Assembly: GCA_963693365.1 (NCBI GenBank)
Contig: CAVNZM010000004.1
Location: 9,266,468 to 9,330,467 of the forward strand
Reading direction: 5' to 3'
Length of the DNA: 64,000 bases
From: Amoebidium appalachense
Lineage: Eukaryota > Protista > Ichthyosporea
Of this stretch, positions 1 through 12,380 are shown piece by piece (position 1 is the stretch's first letter; every line of letters starts with the position of its first letter). The position numbers and the translations under genes are program-made. The notes under the pieces were generated by a model. The model had not been told where the DNA came from and did no database searches. It saw only the letters and a program-made list of their open reading frames with translations.

Positions 1-182
1 TGGCGCATAATTTCAGCTTTGGGTATCCGAATATCTACGTTCGAAGTATGATTTGACACATGATTTCAGTTTTGGATATCTGAATATCCCTTATGTTCTT
101 CGTATGGCATTCATCCGTGTGTAAGATGTGCAGTGGATCTTACTGGTGGTTGGCTGCAGACGAGGGCCGGTCATGCTTCCAG

Positions 183-1176
183 GAGCCGTACCGAGTGATC
201 TTGAACCAGGACGATCTTATCCGTGTGCTGGAGGAGGAAGGGTACACGGTTAAGGTCGTGGACTTTGCTGGAATGTCGGCGCCTGAGCAGGTATGTGAGG
301 GTGGTATGTAGGTGGAATTCCTTCCAATCCTTCGTATGAAATATAACATAGAATTAAATGTTCAGGCAGTGAAAGAATGAACCACACTTGCATTAGGTCT
401 GGCGGTGCATGCTTGAACTATTCTTCAATAATGGTGGTATGGGTAATCTATGCATAGCAAACACCTGTCCGAAGGGACTCTGACCACAACACACCGGTTT
501 TGATTGGATGATACGCTAACCCGTACAACCGTTTGGCAATGAGCAGATCGAGATATCTCGCCAGGCCAATCTCTTCATTGCCGTGCACGGTGCGGGCGTG
601 GCGAACATTTTCTGGTATGTGTATTGTAGTTTTCATGTGGCATAGAATTTGTTTTGGCCTGTGTCACACTTGCATGTGGTTTTGGTTTTATGTGACGTTC
701 AATCATGTGTTTGTGTCATGTGACTCATGTCTGCCCTTATGAGATTGGCTTTCTTGTTTATGTATGTCTGCCTAATTTAGGTTATTTTTGTCATTTTGAT
801 AATGTTTCTATCTGTATCTAGGTCTAAAATAGGTCAGACATGAGTCACATGACACAAACATAGCTTATGTATGTAGGTCACGCCAATATTCGGGTTGAAA
901 GTTTTACCGGTCAACGTGTGTCGTTTCATCATTTGGGTTGTTGAGTCTTCCTCTGAGCTCTTGCTGGTATTTCTCGGCCAGGAAAAGTAAAAAGGGCATG
1001 TGGGCAAGTCGGTTGATCCCAACTAGGAGTACGGGCAGGGTATAATATTCTTGTGTGTTTGTTGCAATGAATGTGTGTGGTTGAGGGGGGGAGGTGGGGG
1101 GAGGGGGGGGTCTTGTGTGTGTCTGTGCGTGTGTTTTGGGGTGGGTGTGAAGGGGGATGGAGGAAGGTGGGTGGGT

Positions 1177-1217
<41 letters not shown>

Positions 1218-1698
1218 GGGGGAGGAAAAGGAAGGATGGAACGAACGAGAAAAGAAACCAACATAAACACCACGGGGGGAGGTGTGGAATGTGCTGTTTA
1301 TTAACGACCACAATCCCAAAGTAGAAACACAGAAACGGGAGGGGCTCATGTAGCCAAGCAAGCATTCAACGAACCCTTTCCCTGTAAATTGAAATACATG
1401 TTTTTGGCTTGTTATCTGTAGTACGCCAGTAACACATGGCAAACTCACACCTCCCTTTTGAACACGCAGGATGCACCAAACGGCATGTGTTTTGGAGCTG
1501 CACACGTATGGGTTCCAGAAGTGGGGCTACGAGACCTTTGCAAACTACCTGGACCTGCCGTATGTGAGTTGGGTCAACCAAAAGGAGGAGCATACCAATG
1601 TTACATGGCATTCCCAGAAGTATCCAGAGGTAACCAATCACCACCTCCCCCCCCCCCCCCCCCCACCCGCCCCTTCCCCTCCCCCCTCCCTCCCCGTA

Positions 1699-1746
<48 letters not shown>

Positions 1747-3002
1747 AAAAAAAAAAGAAGGTAAAATGAATGGAACCAAACAAGCAAACAAATAAATAAA
1801 TTGGAATCATTGAGATAGATAATAATTGTGTTACCTGGTATGATTTGTGTCGAGCCCCCCCCCCCCCCCCCCCCCCCCCCCTCAAAAATCAAAAATATTT
1901 TTTTTTCTAATGAATTTATTGATGTGCTCATAGGACACGAAAAGGCGAGATATCGCAAAATAGACCTGACCGTGAGCCACATCGCGGAATAAAATGTAGC
2001 GTTCTTGATATAGCAAATGGGCCCGGATCCACTTTCATCCATAAATATCAGCCCTTTAAACCTATTATAAGCCTAGCAAAGCTGAGCTCTAAATGTCGAC
2101 CAGGAAACGACGTTTTTTTTTTAAATTGGTCCTTAGCGCGAAGATCAACCATTGTTTTTGTCTAAGTAAGACTTGGTTTTGTAGTATGCCAAACCGCTGC
2201 CAGCGGCCTCCTCTCGGCCAGTTTGATCAGCGGCCGTCGACACATTGGGGGGACACTATGAATTTGAGCTAAGCTATTTGATTGGTCAATACTGATATGA
2301 AATTCAAACTTTCAATTTTTGCTACTATACAGGGGGTGTGCATCACCGTTCTAATATATGAAAGTTTGCGGCTTCGCCTTGCGCTCAGTATACGAAGGTA
2401 TCAAAATAAGCGTCTTTGCCTCCTTCGTATTTCCTACTAAGCATATAATGGGCACTGGCCGCAATAAAAGCTAATAAATTAGAAAAAAGGTCAATTTCAT
2501 ATGTCTTTCCTATGATCGCTATACTTCATTTTATTCGGTCGATCTGAGCCGCCGGCCGCCGCGGTCAGGTCTATAATACTGAATAAAACAAACAAATAAA
2601 AGAACATAAATGAATAAAAATATGTCTGTCTAGTAAAAACAACAACAACAACAACAACGAACATAAATGAATAAATAAAACTTGCCCCCAACCTCTTCTC
2701 GCCTTTCAACACCGAGGTGTTGTAGGTTAAGACGGCATGTAACCTCGTGATGTCATTATGAAGTCAACATGGCGGCAATAATGGATTGGGTTGGCCCTGT
2801 GTATGGGGTGATTTCCATTTTTGGTCTCGCCTATTAATGAAATCCCGGTGATTGGCCGACTTAGTCGTTAAGCGTTTGAAGTGAAAACCCTTTTTGTGGG
2901 AGGAGATGGGCTACTAATGATTTATGTACTTGTGTTATGTTGTGAAAAATCAGCCGAAATGTAATTACCTAATGATTAACCTCTCCCTCCCGACACCCAT
3001 CT

Positions 3003-3076
<74 letters not shown>

Positions 3077-3214
3077 CACATATGCACACCTCAGGGACAT
3101 GCCAACTTCTATCGGTCACGGAATCAATGGGTCGACCCGGAGGAATTCCGCTTGGCCGTAAAAGCCGCAGGGAAGAAATCCGAAAAAGCAATCGCCAGGA
3201 ATGCGCAGGAGTGA
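183..3214 (+). CDS. Glycosyltransferase family 61 (DUF563/EOGT-like) protein, 3' part; 5' exons upstream of the window
   Basis: GT-AG exons in compatible phase: 183-290 (EPYRVILNQDDLIRVL...VVDFAGMSAPEQ), 547-614 (IEISRQANLFIAVHGAGVANIFW), 1470-1629 (MHQTACVLELHTYG...YVSW), 3095-3214 (...VDPEEF...stop). R-x-I-x-N, M-S-x-x-EQ, HGAG-x-x-N and V-x-E-L motifs are the GT61 signature. Confidence 0.85.
1960..2574. mobile_element. MITE-like non-autonomous DNA element in the last GT61 intron
   Basis: Perfect 13-bp inverted repeat ATAGACCTGACCG (1960-1972) / CGGTCAGGTCTAT (2562-2574). A second 10-bp inverted pair GAATAAAATG (1987-1996) / CATTTTATTC (2527-2536) lies inside it. Possible TA flanks; no convincing ORF. 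Confidence 0.55.
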
Positions 3215-3259
3215 ATTCGCAGCAAGTGCTTTCGTGTAGTGCTTTCGTTCTACCAACCC

Positions 3260-3306
<47 letters not shown>

Positions 3307-4062
3307 GCACACACAAACCCACCCCTTCTCATCCTCCTCCACGTCCTTCCTACACAAACGCACCCACCCACACATGCACGCATGGACGCGCCCGCCCCCC
3401 GATGTGCGCGCGCACACACGCATGCACGCGCCCGCCCCCCGATGTGCGCGCGCACACACACCCACACCCACATGCACACCCACACATGCATGCACACACG
3501 CGCACACACGCACACACACACACTGTACACCAGAAGTCCGTCCCACGACTGTTTTGGGAATTTTTGAAAGGGGACATCACGTATTCTATGGAGTGTTCTG
3601 TAAAGAAAAAGAAAGTGTGGTTTCCGTATGTTGAAGATTTTTACAGTTCTCGTCTGTTACCGGTGTTCCTGGCAGAAGAAAAATAGTCCCAGCTTTTTCA
3701 AATTTATAAGTCTTCCCTGGGATTGTACATACGCCGGCTAATATATTTGGGCCACGTACCGGTGTAAATAGCTGCGGTGCAGTACTGCTAGTAGTCTAGA
3801 TATGTAATGTTTGAGTTTCCTCAGGAAGGCTTGCAAGAGTTTAAATTAGAATTTACAAAAAAAAAAAAAAAAAAAAAAAAAAATTTACCTTGTACATACC
3901 ATGCTGTAGTGTCATGCATATCATAATACTATTGAGGGATGCAGACAGCTGTTGAATTAAAGGAGGTAGTTGGATTCGCTCTAGAGCTGAGACCTTTCGT
4001 GTAGGATATTTTTTTTTTTTAAAAAAAAAAAAAAGAAAAGGAAAAACTATATCAAAAAATAA

Positions 4063-4349
4063 GGGCGTGTTTAGCAGCACAGTTATATCGTGTCTTTATC
4101 GTATTCGTCTTTTTGCGTAATGACACGATTCCGAAAATGTGTCAGCTTGCCAAACACGCCACAGCTTTCCGGCCACGATAAAGACGTTGGACATCGAAGT
4201 TAAAACGTGTTTTCCGGACACGATAAAGACGTTGGACATCGAAGTTATATCGTGTTTTGGCATGTTTTGGCTGGTTTTTGGCATGTTTTGGCATCGTACG
4301 GGAGCACGCGCGCGTGCGCTGTTCAGACTGGACAGTGTCTAACACGTAC
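4063..4349. repeat. Short repeat-rich element (45-bp tandem duplication), possible MITE relic
   Basis: TTTCCGG[C/A]CACGATAAAGACGTTGGACATCGAAGTTA occurs at 4166 and 4211, with an inverted partial copy (GTCTTTATCGT) near 4093. The ends GGGCGTGTTTAG (4063) and CTAACACGTAC (4339) are imperfectly complementary. Confidence 0.35.
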
Positions 4350-5018
4350 TGACGTGTTGCCGCACGTGCGACGTTATACATCTACTCAGTCCCTTTTAAG
4401 TAAAAAAAAAAAAAAAAAAAAAAAAAGAAAGGAGACACCGCCTCAGTAGGTGGTAGGGACAGTGCATATGGCATGCTTGAGTAGTGCAGCTCACTTGTGC
4501 CTGATTGACGGGACTGGGAGGCCGGGAGTAGTGTCACAGTAGTAGAATAGTGTTGTAGTTGTAATGTTTTTTATGATTTATATATATATTCTTTGCCTCG
4601 AGTAAACAGCGTAAACCCCCCATATACACATATTTATTTTTATAATTATTTTACAAAAGAAAGTGCGAGAAGAAGGACAGAAGGATGTGAGCGTTTGCTC
4701 AAACAGTAGCATTGGTAGTTCATCGCTTGCTGCCAACTTCATGCGAGAAGTACCTCCACAAAATAATCTACCTCGATATGCACATAGCTGTTATTCGTCT
4801 TGGAAGAAAACGAAGAAAGGAGCTCGACCAGACGGTGCAGTGCCATCCTGTGCAGGCAGAGGTCGTGACGTGGAAGATCAGTAGTAGCTCCCGTTTCCAG
4901 AACTACTTGCTTGCCTATAGTACTTCACATGTGCCCCATGGCTACCCCTTTTCCAACATCGAATACTTGCACATTGCAAACACCGCCGAATACGCGTTAC
5001 GGCACCTAACCCCCCCCC

Positions 5019-5049
<31 letters not shown>

Positions 5050-5138
5050 AAACATGTACACACACACACACACACACACACACACCCGAAGAAGAAAAAA
5101 AAAAAGAAAAAAGAAAACCCACAGCCTCACGGCAGTAG

Positions 5139-5192
<54 letters not shown>

Positions 5193-5733
5193 AAAAAAAA
5201 ACCCCTCGCCCACCTCATCTGCCCAGCCTCCAAAATAAAATTCTCAGTCACTCACAGTCCCCACGACCCCGCCGGGCCTACTAGGCTATCGCTTTGCATC
5301 TCTCACTAAGCAAAAACGCTTTAGGACTTTGCAGGTTTGTTCACACCTTGGATCATATCCAACCTAGATTCCTTTACTAGAGAATACTAATGATCTTTCG
5401 TGCCCCCCCCCAATAGTATGGCTATGGCGCCTTCATGTGCTGTGTGCGCGGACGCTCGTGTGCGTGCGTGTGTGTGTGTGTGTGTGTGTGTGCGTGCGTG
5501 CGTATGTGTGCATATGTGCGCATGCGTGTGTGTAGAACTTGAATGGGGAGGGAAAATGGCACACACTCTATTCAATTCATAACCTCCGATCCCTCTCGCC
5601 CTCCCCCCCTCCCTCCCTCCAAGTCCCCCTTCCCTCCCCTCTCTGAAAGAGAGAGAGACTCGGGGGGAAGAGGGACGGGGAGGGGGGGGGGGGGGGGGAG
5701 AACGAGAGAGGGAGGGAGAGAGAGAGATCTCTC

Positions 5734-5771
<38 letters not shown>

Positions 5772-5804
5772 TTTGGGGCGGAGGGAGAGTGAGAGAGAGA
5801 GAGG

Positions 5805-5846
<42 letters not shown>

Positions 5847-6836
5847 CCCGGTGTAGGAGCAATGATAGACAATATTTTTGGCCGGAAAGCCAGAATACAT
5901 AAAACAATAAAAAAACGTAGGAATATGGATCGATAGCGCATTGCCTGGCCCGTCGCCTTTCGCCTCCGCCCCGGCGAGCAAGCTTCATGCCGTAGGCATA
6001 GCCTTAGTTATATACCGTGTTTTCGAAAATCACCTCCGGAGGTAGTCTCCAAGGCTTTGTACCCGCTGGCTTACGTAGGGCTCCCTTTCCGTAAGACCTT
6101 ACATATCGCTGAATCGTAACTGGCCTGGGAAGGTGTACATGTTGGGGGGATGGGGGAATTATGTCCGATTATGTCGTGGCTCTGGATTGGCTATATGCGC
6201 ACCACCCAAGAAAGGGGTAAATTATTTGTGCAGCCCGATAATTATTCATTTTGGGCAGACGACTGTTCATGCACAAACAGAAACATTTATACGCTGTCCG
6301 AGGTGAGCGCTGTACGTACACTATACCGGGTTTGTGTTTATAAATCACGTATATCACGGTGCACCTGGTTGAGGGGCACATGGGTCCGAAATGGACTCAA
6401 ATACTTATCCGGTGAACCTCCTGTTGATATGTTTTTGCCGCCCCTTCTAAGTGAATGGAGTTGATTGGTGGATAGCTCAGCGAGCAGAACTGCGGAGTGC
6501 GATCATGCAGCGAGCTGCTGCAGGCTGGTGCTGAAACGTGTAGGTTATCATATGGTGCCGGGTGTGTAGAGTTTTTTGTCTGTTAACGTTGGCGGGCAGA
6601 AAGTGGGCAAAGTGCCCTAAATAGTAGAGTGATACGCTAAAAATATTTGAAAACACCGGTACAGGCATACAATCACGGTTTGCGCATACGATCGACATCT
6701 TCCCACACAGACACAGCGGCATTGCTCTGCAAGAGGTGATCGCTGTGCTCCCATTTGCCAGAAAAAAGCACTCTTGCTACTCTATAAGCCATGTTTTTAC
6801 ATTTTAGTATAGCATTTTTCGTAGCACGATAACACC

Positions 6837-7673
6837 ATGGATACAAGTAAGGATCGGAGAACCTCAGTGGAATGGGACATCGAATACAGGCGCACATCGA
6901 CATCCCTAGCCACACGTGAGACAGAATCAGATAGGGAGAAAATCACTAACCACAGATGCCGAGGAAAGACGCAAGTCTCTAGCTCGTGGTGTAGTTATTG
7001 GAGGAACTACGGAGCTTCGAGAACTGCTCGAAGATCGTAATGGTGCTGTTACGCAAGCATTCGCAGCCTACTTGAGGCAGGAACTTAGCCATGAGAACAT
7101 CGAGTTTTGGTGGGCTTGCGAAGATTACAAAAACAGAGGTGACCATGGATCACTCCTTGCAAAGGTATGGAACCCTCCTGTTTGCAGGTATCAAAGTGTC
7201 TTTATGTATGGATGGTTGAATGCATGCACGTGTCTGCAGAGTGCTATCTGCATTTTGTGCAATTTCGCATAATAAATCTCAGATTGGTGCCACACGCTAT
7301 AAATCTACGGATGTCGTATTTAGTAACCGTGACGGCGTTTTCGAGTCACTGGCTCTCTGCACGGCAAGTACAGATGTGCTCTTTGTCTGTTCTCGCTTCT
7401 GCGTGACGAGGGTCTTTTGCGGTGTCAATTGCAGTTATGTACAAAATTTGTTTATGGCACGCGCACCTTTCCGTAATTACAACAAATTTGCTCCTTTGCA
7501 TTCAATGTATCCTTACGATGTAAGTGAGCCCGAGCGCATTGCCAATTTTTCCATTTTTCTCTCGTGATGTTTTGCATTAGGAACCATTAGGGTACTACCG
7601 TACTGGTTGCCACACAGACACCAATGCGCACACACGCCTGCGCTTTTCCACCTCCTGTTACGATATGCTCCCC

Positions 7674-7704
<31 letters not shown>

Positions 7705-7732
7705 AAAAAAAAAAAACCCTCATGCACCCCGA

Positions 7733-7773
<41 letters not shown>

Positions 7774-9842
7774 ACCCCCCCCCACACCCCCACCCCCTCC
7801 CCTCCCCTGCCTCAGAGTCCCCGACCAGGCCAATTAATTTATAAATTGTACATACATGGTTGCACACTCACACACGATGCCATGTACCCTCCGGCACAGT
7901 GAAAACCCACGAGAAAACACCAATATATCTCGTGAATATTTCATTGTCAAGCAGCACAAAGTTACTGATGTTGGGACAGGGCGTAGGATGAAAATTCTTT
8001 CACAGTGACTTCCCAATGATAGAACCTTTTTTTTTTTGAGAAAGTGCACTCCGCGCACATGTGAACCCGATATGGTACAACAACGTTAACGTGCATACAT
8101 ACCGTTGAAAAGCACCACCGTCACGGACAGAGAGGCGTGGCTTATGTAGATGCCAACTGCATGCAACCATCAAACCTCAGTAGCCTGTACACTGTCAGTG
8201 ACTATCATTCCGCCGACGGTGTCCTGTCACAGTGTCTCGCCCCTACACCCCTAGTAGAAATTTGATTGTGATTTTCTCACACGATTCAACCTCAATGCAG
8301 GTAGCGCTGACATGCCTATGTGATGAATTTGTGCGCGAGGGCGCGCCTAAACAAGTCAACCTCGACAACAAAGTGCGCCTGGCTACGCTCGAAGCCACCC
8401 ATTCTAACCCTGGCCCAGACGCCCTGCTGCAAGCACAGAGTGCAGCATTTACCCTTATGCTCAAAGACACATATCCTCGTTTTATCAAGTCCTTTTCTTC
8501 GCTTCCCGGGAGCCCAGCGCCAGCGTCACCGGAACAGCAGACGCGCAACAGGTGGAGTAACAATCCAATTTACGGCGAGAATTCGTTCTCCCTTGCCGCT
8601 GGAAATAACGACAATGTGAGTCATTACAGTGAGCACGAGCCGGGTCAGCGCAAAAAATCACTTAGCATGACAGACCTGGACAGATACGAATCACTGGGCA
8701 TACTCACCCAGAAGCGAAAGTCCATAAGCCAGCCCGGTCTGTTCGGCGACGAAGACACAAGCGAGACGGAGATAAAACGCGGGCACTCGATAACAGCCAA
8801 CCTTAAGGGGCTGTTGCATCCACAGGGGAAGAAAACACAGGCCGATGACATAATACAAACAAATAACACTACCCCCCCACACTCACCCACGTCCGCACGG
8901 AGTCCTACGGTTGTTCCGCGTGCACGACTGTCGTCGGCAAACTCAGCACTGGGTGCGCACAACAGAGGCTCGTTGCTTAGCAACCGCACCTCCATGCGAA
9001 ACTCCTTGCTCTTAGACGGCGATGTTGACAGTATCAGCGAGCACGAGGAGAGTTTAACCTTTGCAAAAACCACATCCCTTCCTACTGCAAGCGGCACCAG
9101 TCACACAAACATTCCAACATCGCCGAGCCCTTTGTCAATATCCACCACAACCCTGTCTGATTCTTCGGAGACCGTTACACCGCGTATGAAATTTAGCGGC
9201 GGCACGCTAACAAAAAAGATGATCCGACGGAAGACTTTTGATTTCAGCACAGAAATCTCGAGCGGGGACGGGTTGGCGGCAGATGATCCCTTGGCAAGTG
9301 TACCGATATCCCCCCATACTGGTTCACTGAGTAAGGCAAAAGAGATTGCCTCGTACTGCAGCGCCACCCTGAAACGGAGAATGTCACGGGCGGATTTCGG
9401 AGGAGAAACTGTTCCAGATGTGAGCCAGAAATCGGGGGCAGATGCGCCCGGCAGTGCTCCCTTATCACCTCTCGTACAAACACTCGGAAAAGCGAAAGAG
9501 TGGAGTTCAACATTAAAACGACGCATTTCGCGTGCGGATTTTTTATCGAACAGCGACGGGGAATCCGACAACATGACACCAATACAAACCGAAGCGAGAA
9601 GTTCTACTTCATCGTCACTTTCCAGCGGTAGTCAAAACGAACACGGAAGGGTGGACGGGAGATCGCCGACAATACCTTCAGGGCGCGAAGCAGCAACTGT
9701 AATGGAAGTGCCACTATCACCGCATTTACACACAATGAGCAAAGCCAAAGAATGGAGTGCAACTTTGAAACGGCGAATTTCTAGGGCTGATTTTTTGTCG
9801 GGCCCCGGGGGACATGAGGACAAAAGCACCAGTGTCTTGTGA
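6837..9842 (+). CDS. RGS (regulator of G-protein signalling) domain protein with a long Ser-rich disordered C-terminal tail
   Basis: Exon 6837-7164 (LRELLED...FAAYLRQELSHENIEFWWACEDYK) spliced to 8301-9842 (DEFVREGAPKQVNLD...AQ...LMLKDTYPRFIKS) gives a complete RGS box. Joining the ATG at 6837 needs one G removed from GGG at 6934-6936, which restores DRRKSL/ERRKSL; a short intron 6847-6934 is the alternative. Confidence 0.85.
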
Positions 9843-10244
9843 GGGACTCCTTCACCGACACATTTACTAGCGAGTTACTCGATGAGTTCTAGACCCATAT
9901 ATGCATGTCTCAGTGTTTCTCTCACCTCCAAATGGACGTAAGTCTGACATGTGTGGGTGCGTAGAAAATCTCTCTTCAGATCTATGTAGAGTAGTATTTG
10001 TAGTGGTTTCATTGGCAATTATTGCCACAGCGAGCACCAGGACCCAGAATTTTCGGCAAGGTCATACGCAGTATGAGAAGCAGTACCGTACGTACATATA
10101 TACCCGGATGTATACCATCGCTAATACGTTTTATATAAGGACTGGTGGTTAAAGTAACGAAGAAATCTAACCCCGGCCGCCGGTACACTCCATGTGATCA
10201 TGACTCAGCTGCGGCTCGAAGGCCCAGACCTGATCACCTGCCCG

Positions 10245-10700
<456 letters not shown>

Positions 10701-12233
10701 ACAGCCACGCCGGGCACCGGTACGTACTTAGAGCACTCGGACGAGAACTGAAAGTGCGGGGATGAGATGTAAATCACGAAAATGATCTCCGAGCGAGAGA
10801 GAGTGTCATGGTACGCCGAATTCGTACATATGTGTGATGGGCCGATTATGTGTGCAGCAACGCGATCCTAAGAAACTCTTTTTTGTGCTGGATGCTGGCC
10901 GGCAGTCAGCAGTTCTGTACCTCAACCAACTCACCTTCTGCATTCTAAGGGGTTATAATGATCCGCTGCAGCGTACACCGTATTGCGCATGCTTGCAAAC
11001 CCGTTGGGCACACGTGTTTACGACCGGGCGTGTAGTGGCTGCAGATGATACCGTTTAAGCCAATCAGACGATAGCCGATCGCTTGAATAAAGATCATGCA
11101 GTACACGTCGCCGGGTACGGGTATGCGATCTAAAGTATGCGGTAGAGGGGTTCTAACGTTCGGGTGCGTTGCGCGTGAACTGTAGGCTAGTAGCTGCAAA
11201 ACTGGGTGCCAAATAATTTCTAATAAAAAGAAAAAAATAAAAGTCTATTATTTAATTATACCGAGGAGTGTATACCGAGCTGCATGGTCGTAAATAGGTA
11301 CACGGTACAACATCTAGACACATTAGGGATCTGTGTAAGGTCGGCGAAATCGTGGTCAGATGCTGCGGAGTTAGCCAGTCAGAACAAGGTTTGTAAATCA
11401 CCGTTCGATCAGCCTGAGCCAAGCCACCAGCAGCTGTCTAACCGCAGAAACTTTTTTCTTGGTAACTTTTTTTTTTGTTATAGTTTTTAACGCGTACGGT
11501 AGCAGCGGCTGCTGCAACTGCAGTAGAGGGTTTCTTTGGCAAGTTTTTATTTAGGAGAGTGCATGTGCACATAGCGTAGGTGTGCTGCAAGGAAGTGGTG
11601 TTATTAGGCCCGGGAATTGCGTTCAACTGAGGAAGATAACAGGATGGCAGGTTCGTGCATACATAAGAGCTGGCTCTCGATGTTTTGTACACGGAAGAGG
11701 CATGAGGAGGGATTACCTGTTAGCGATATCCACCCTGCTTTGTGGTGTTTGCCCAAGTTTATTAAAAGGAAGACAGGAATTTCTATGTGGGGCTAGGTTC
11801 CTTTTGAAGGTTGCGTGTGTGGGTGTGCCCGCACATAATAGTGTGTGTGCGCGTGTGTGCCTGTGTGTTGGTCATCCGTTCAAGTGTGAGGAGTTGGTGA
11901 GGGGACAGAGAAGGTGAGCAAGAGGAGACCATGCATGGGGATGGCGTATTTACTGAAGGGAACTGAACATTAAACATAGAGAGAAAAGACAACTGGGAAA
12001 AGGTAGTGTGGCCAAAACCTGACAAATGGCCATGTGCCTTGAAATTGCGGAACGCATGAAGATGGGAGGGAGCGCGTTAAACATGAGAATATAGGTTTCT
12101 GGGCGGGTCAGATAAGTTGTACTTGTTGGAGTGCGCAGAAAAACCGATGCCTTATGAACCGAGGTTTTCTCGAATCCATCACATAACACAACCTTCTTTT
12201 CCAGAGCCACCGGTCTCACCACCAACTGTTATA

Positions 12234-12347
12234 ATGCCGGCTGACAGCCCCAAAGTTGTCTTCCGTGGGCCCGTGCACACACGCAGGGAGGGGGTGCTGT
12301 CTTCGTGGTCCTCCAGGGTTGCTGTGTTATATGTGCGCCCCTCCCCC

Positions 12348-12380
<33 letters not shown>

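Noticed and set aside
5980-6010. Helitron 3' end (ATGCC-GTA-GGCAT hairpin then CTTAGT)
   Set aside because: The terminus is not CTRR-exact, no 5' end can be identified and there is no second copy in the window.
8243-9829. Antisense ORFs over the RGS exon
   Set aside because: They are shadows of the real + strand coding exon and show no recognisable motifs.
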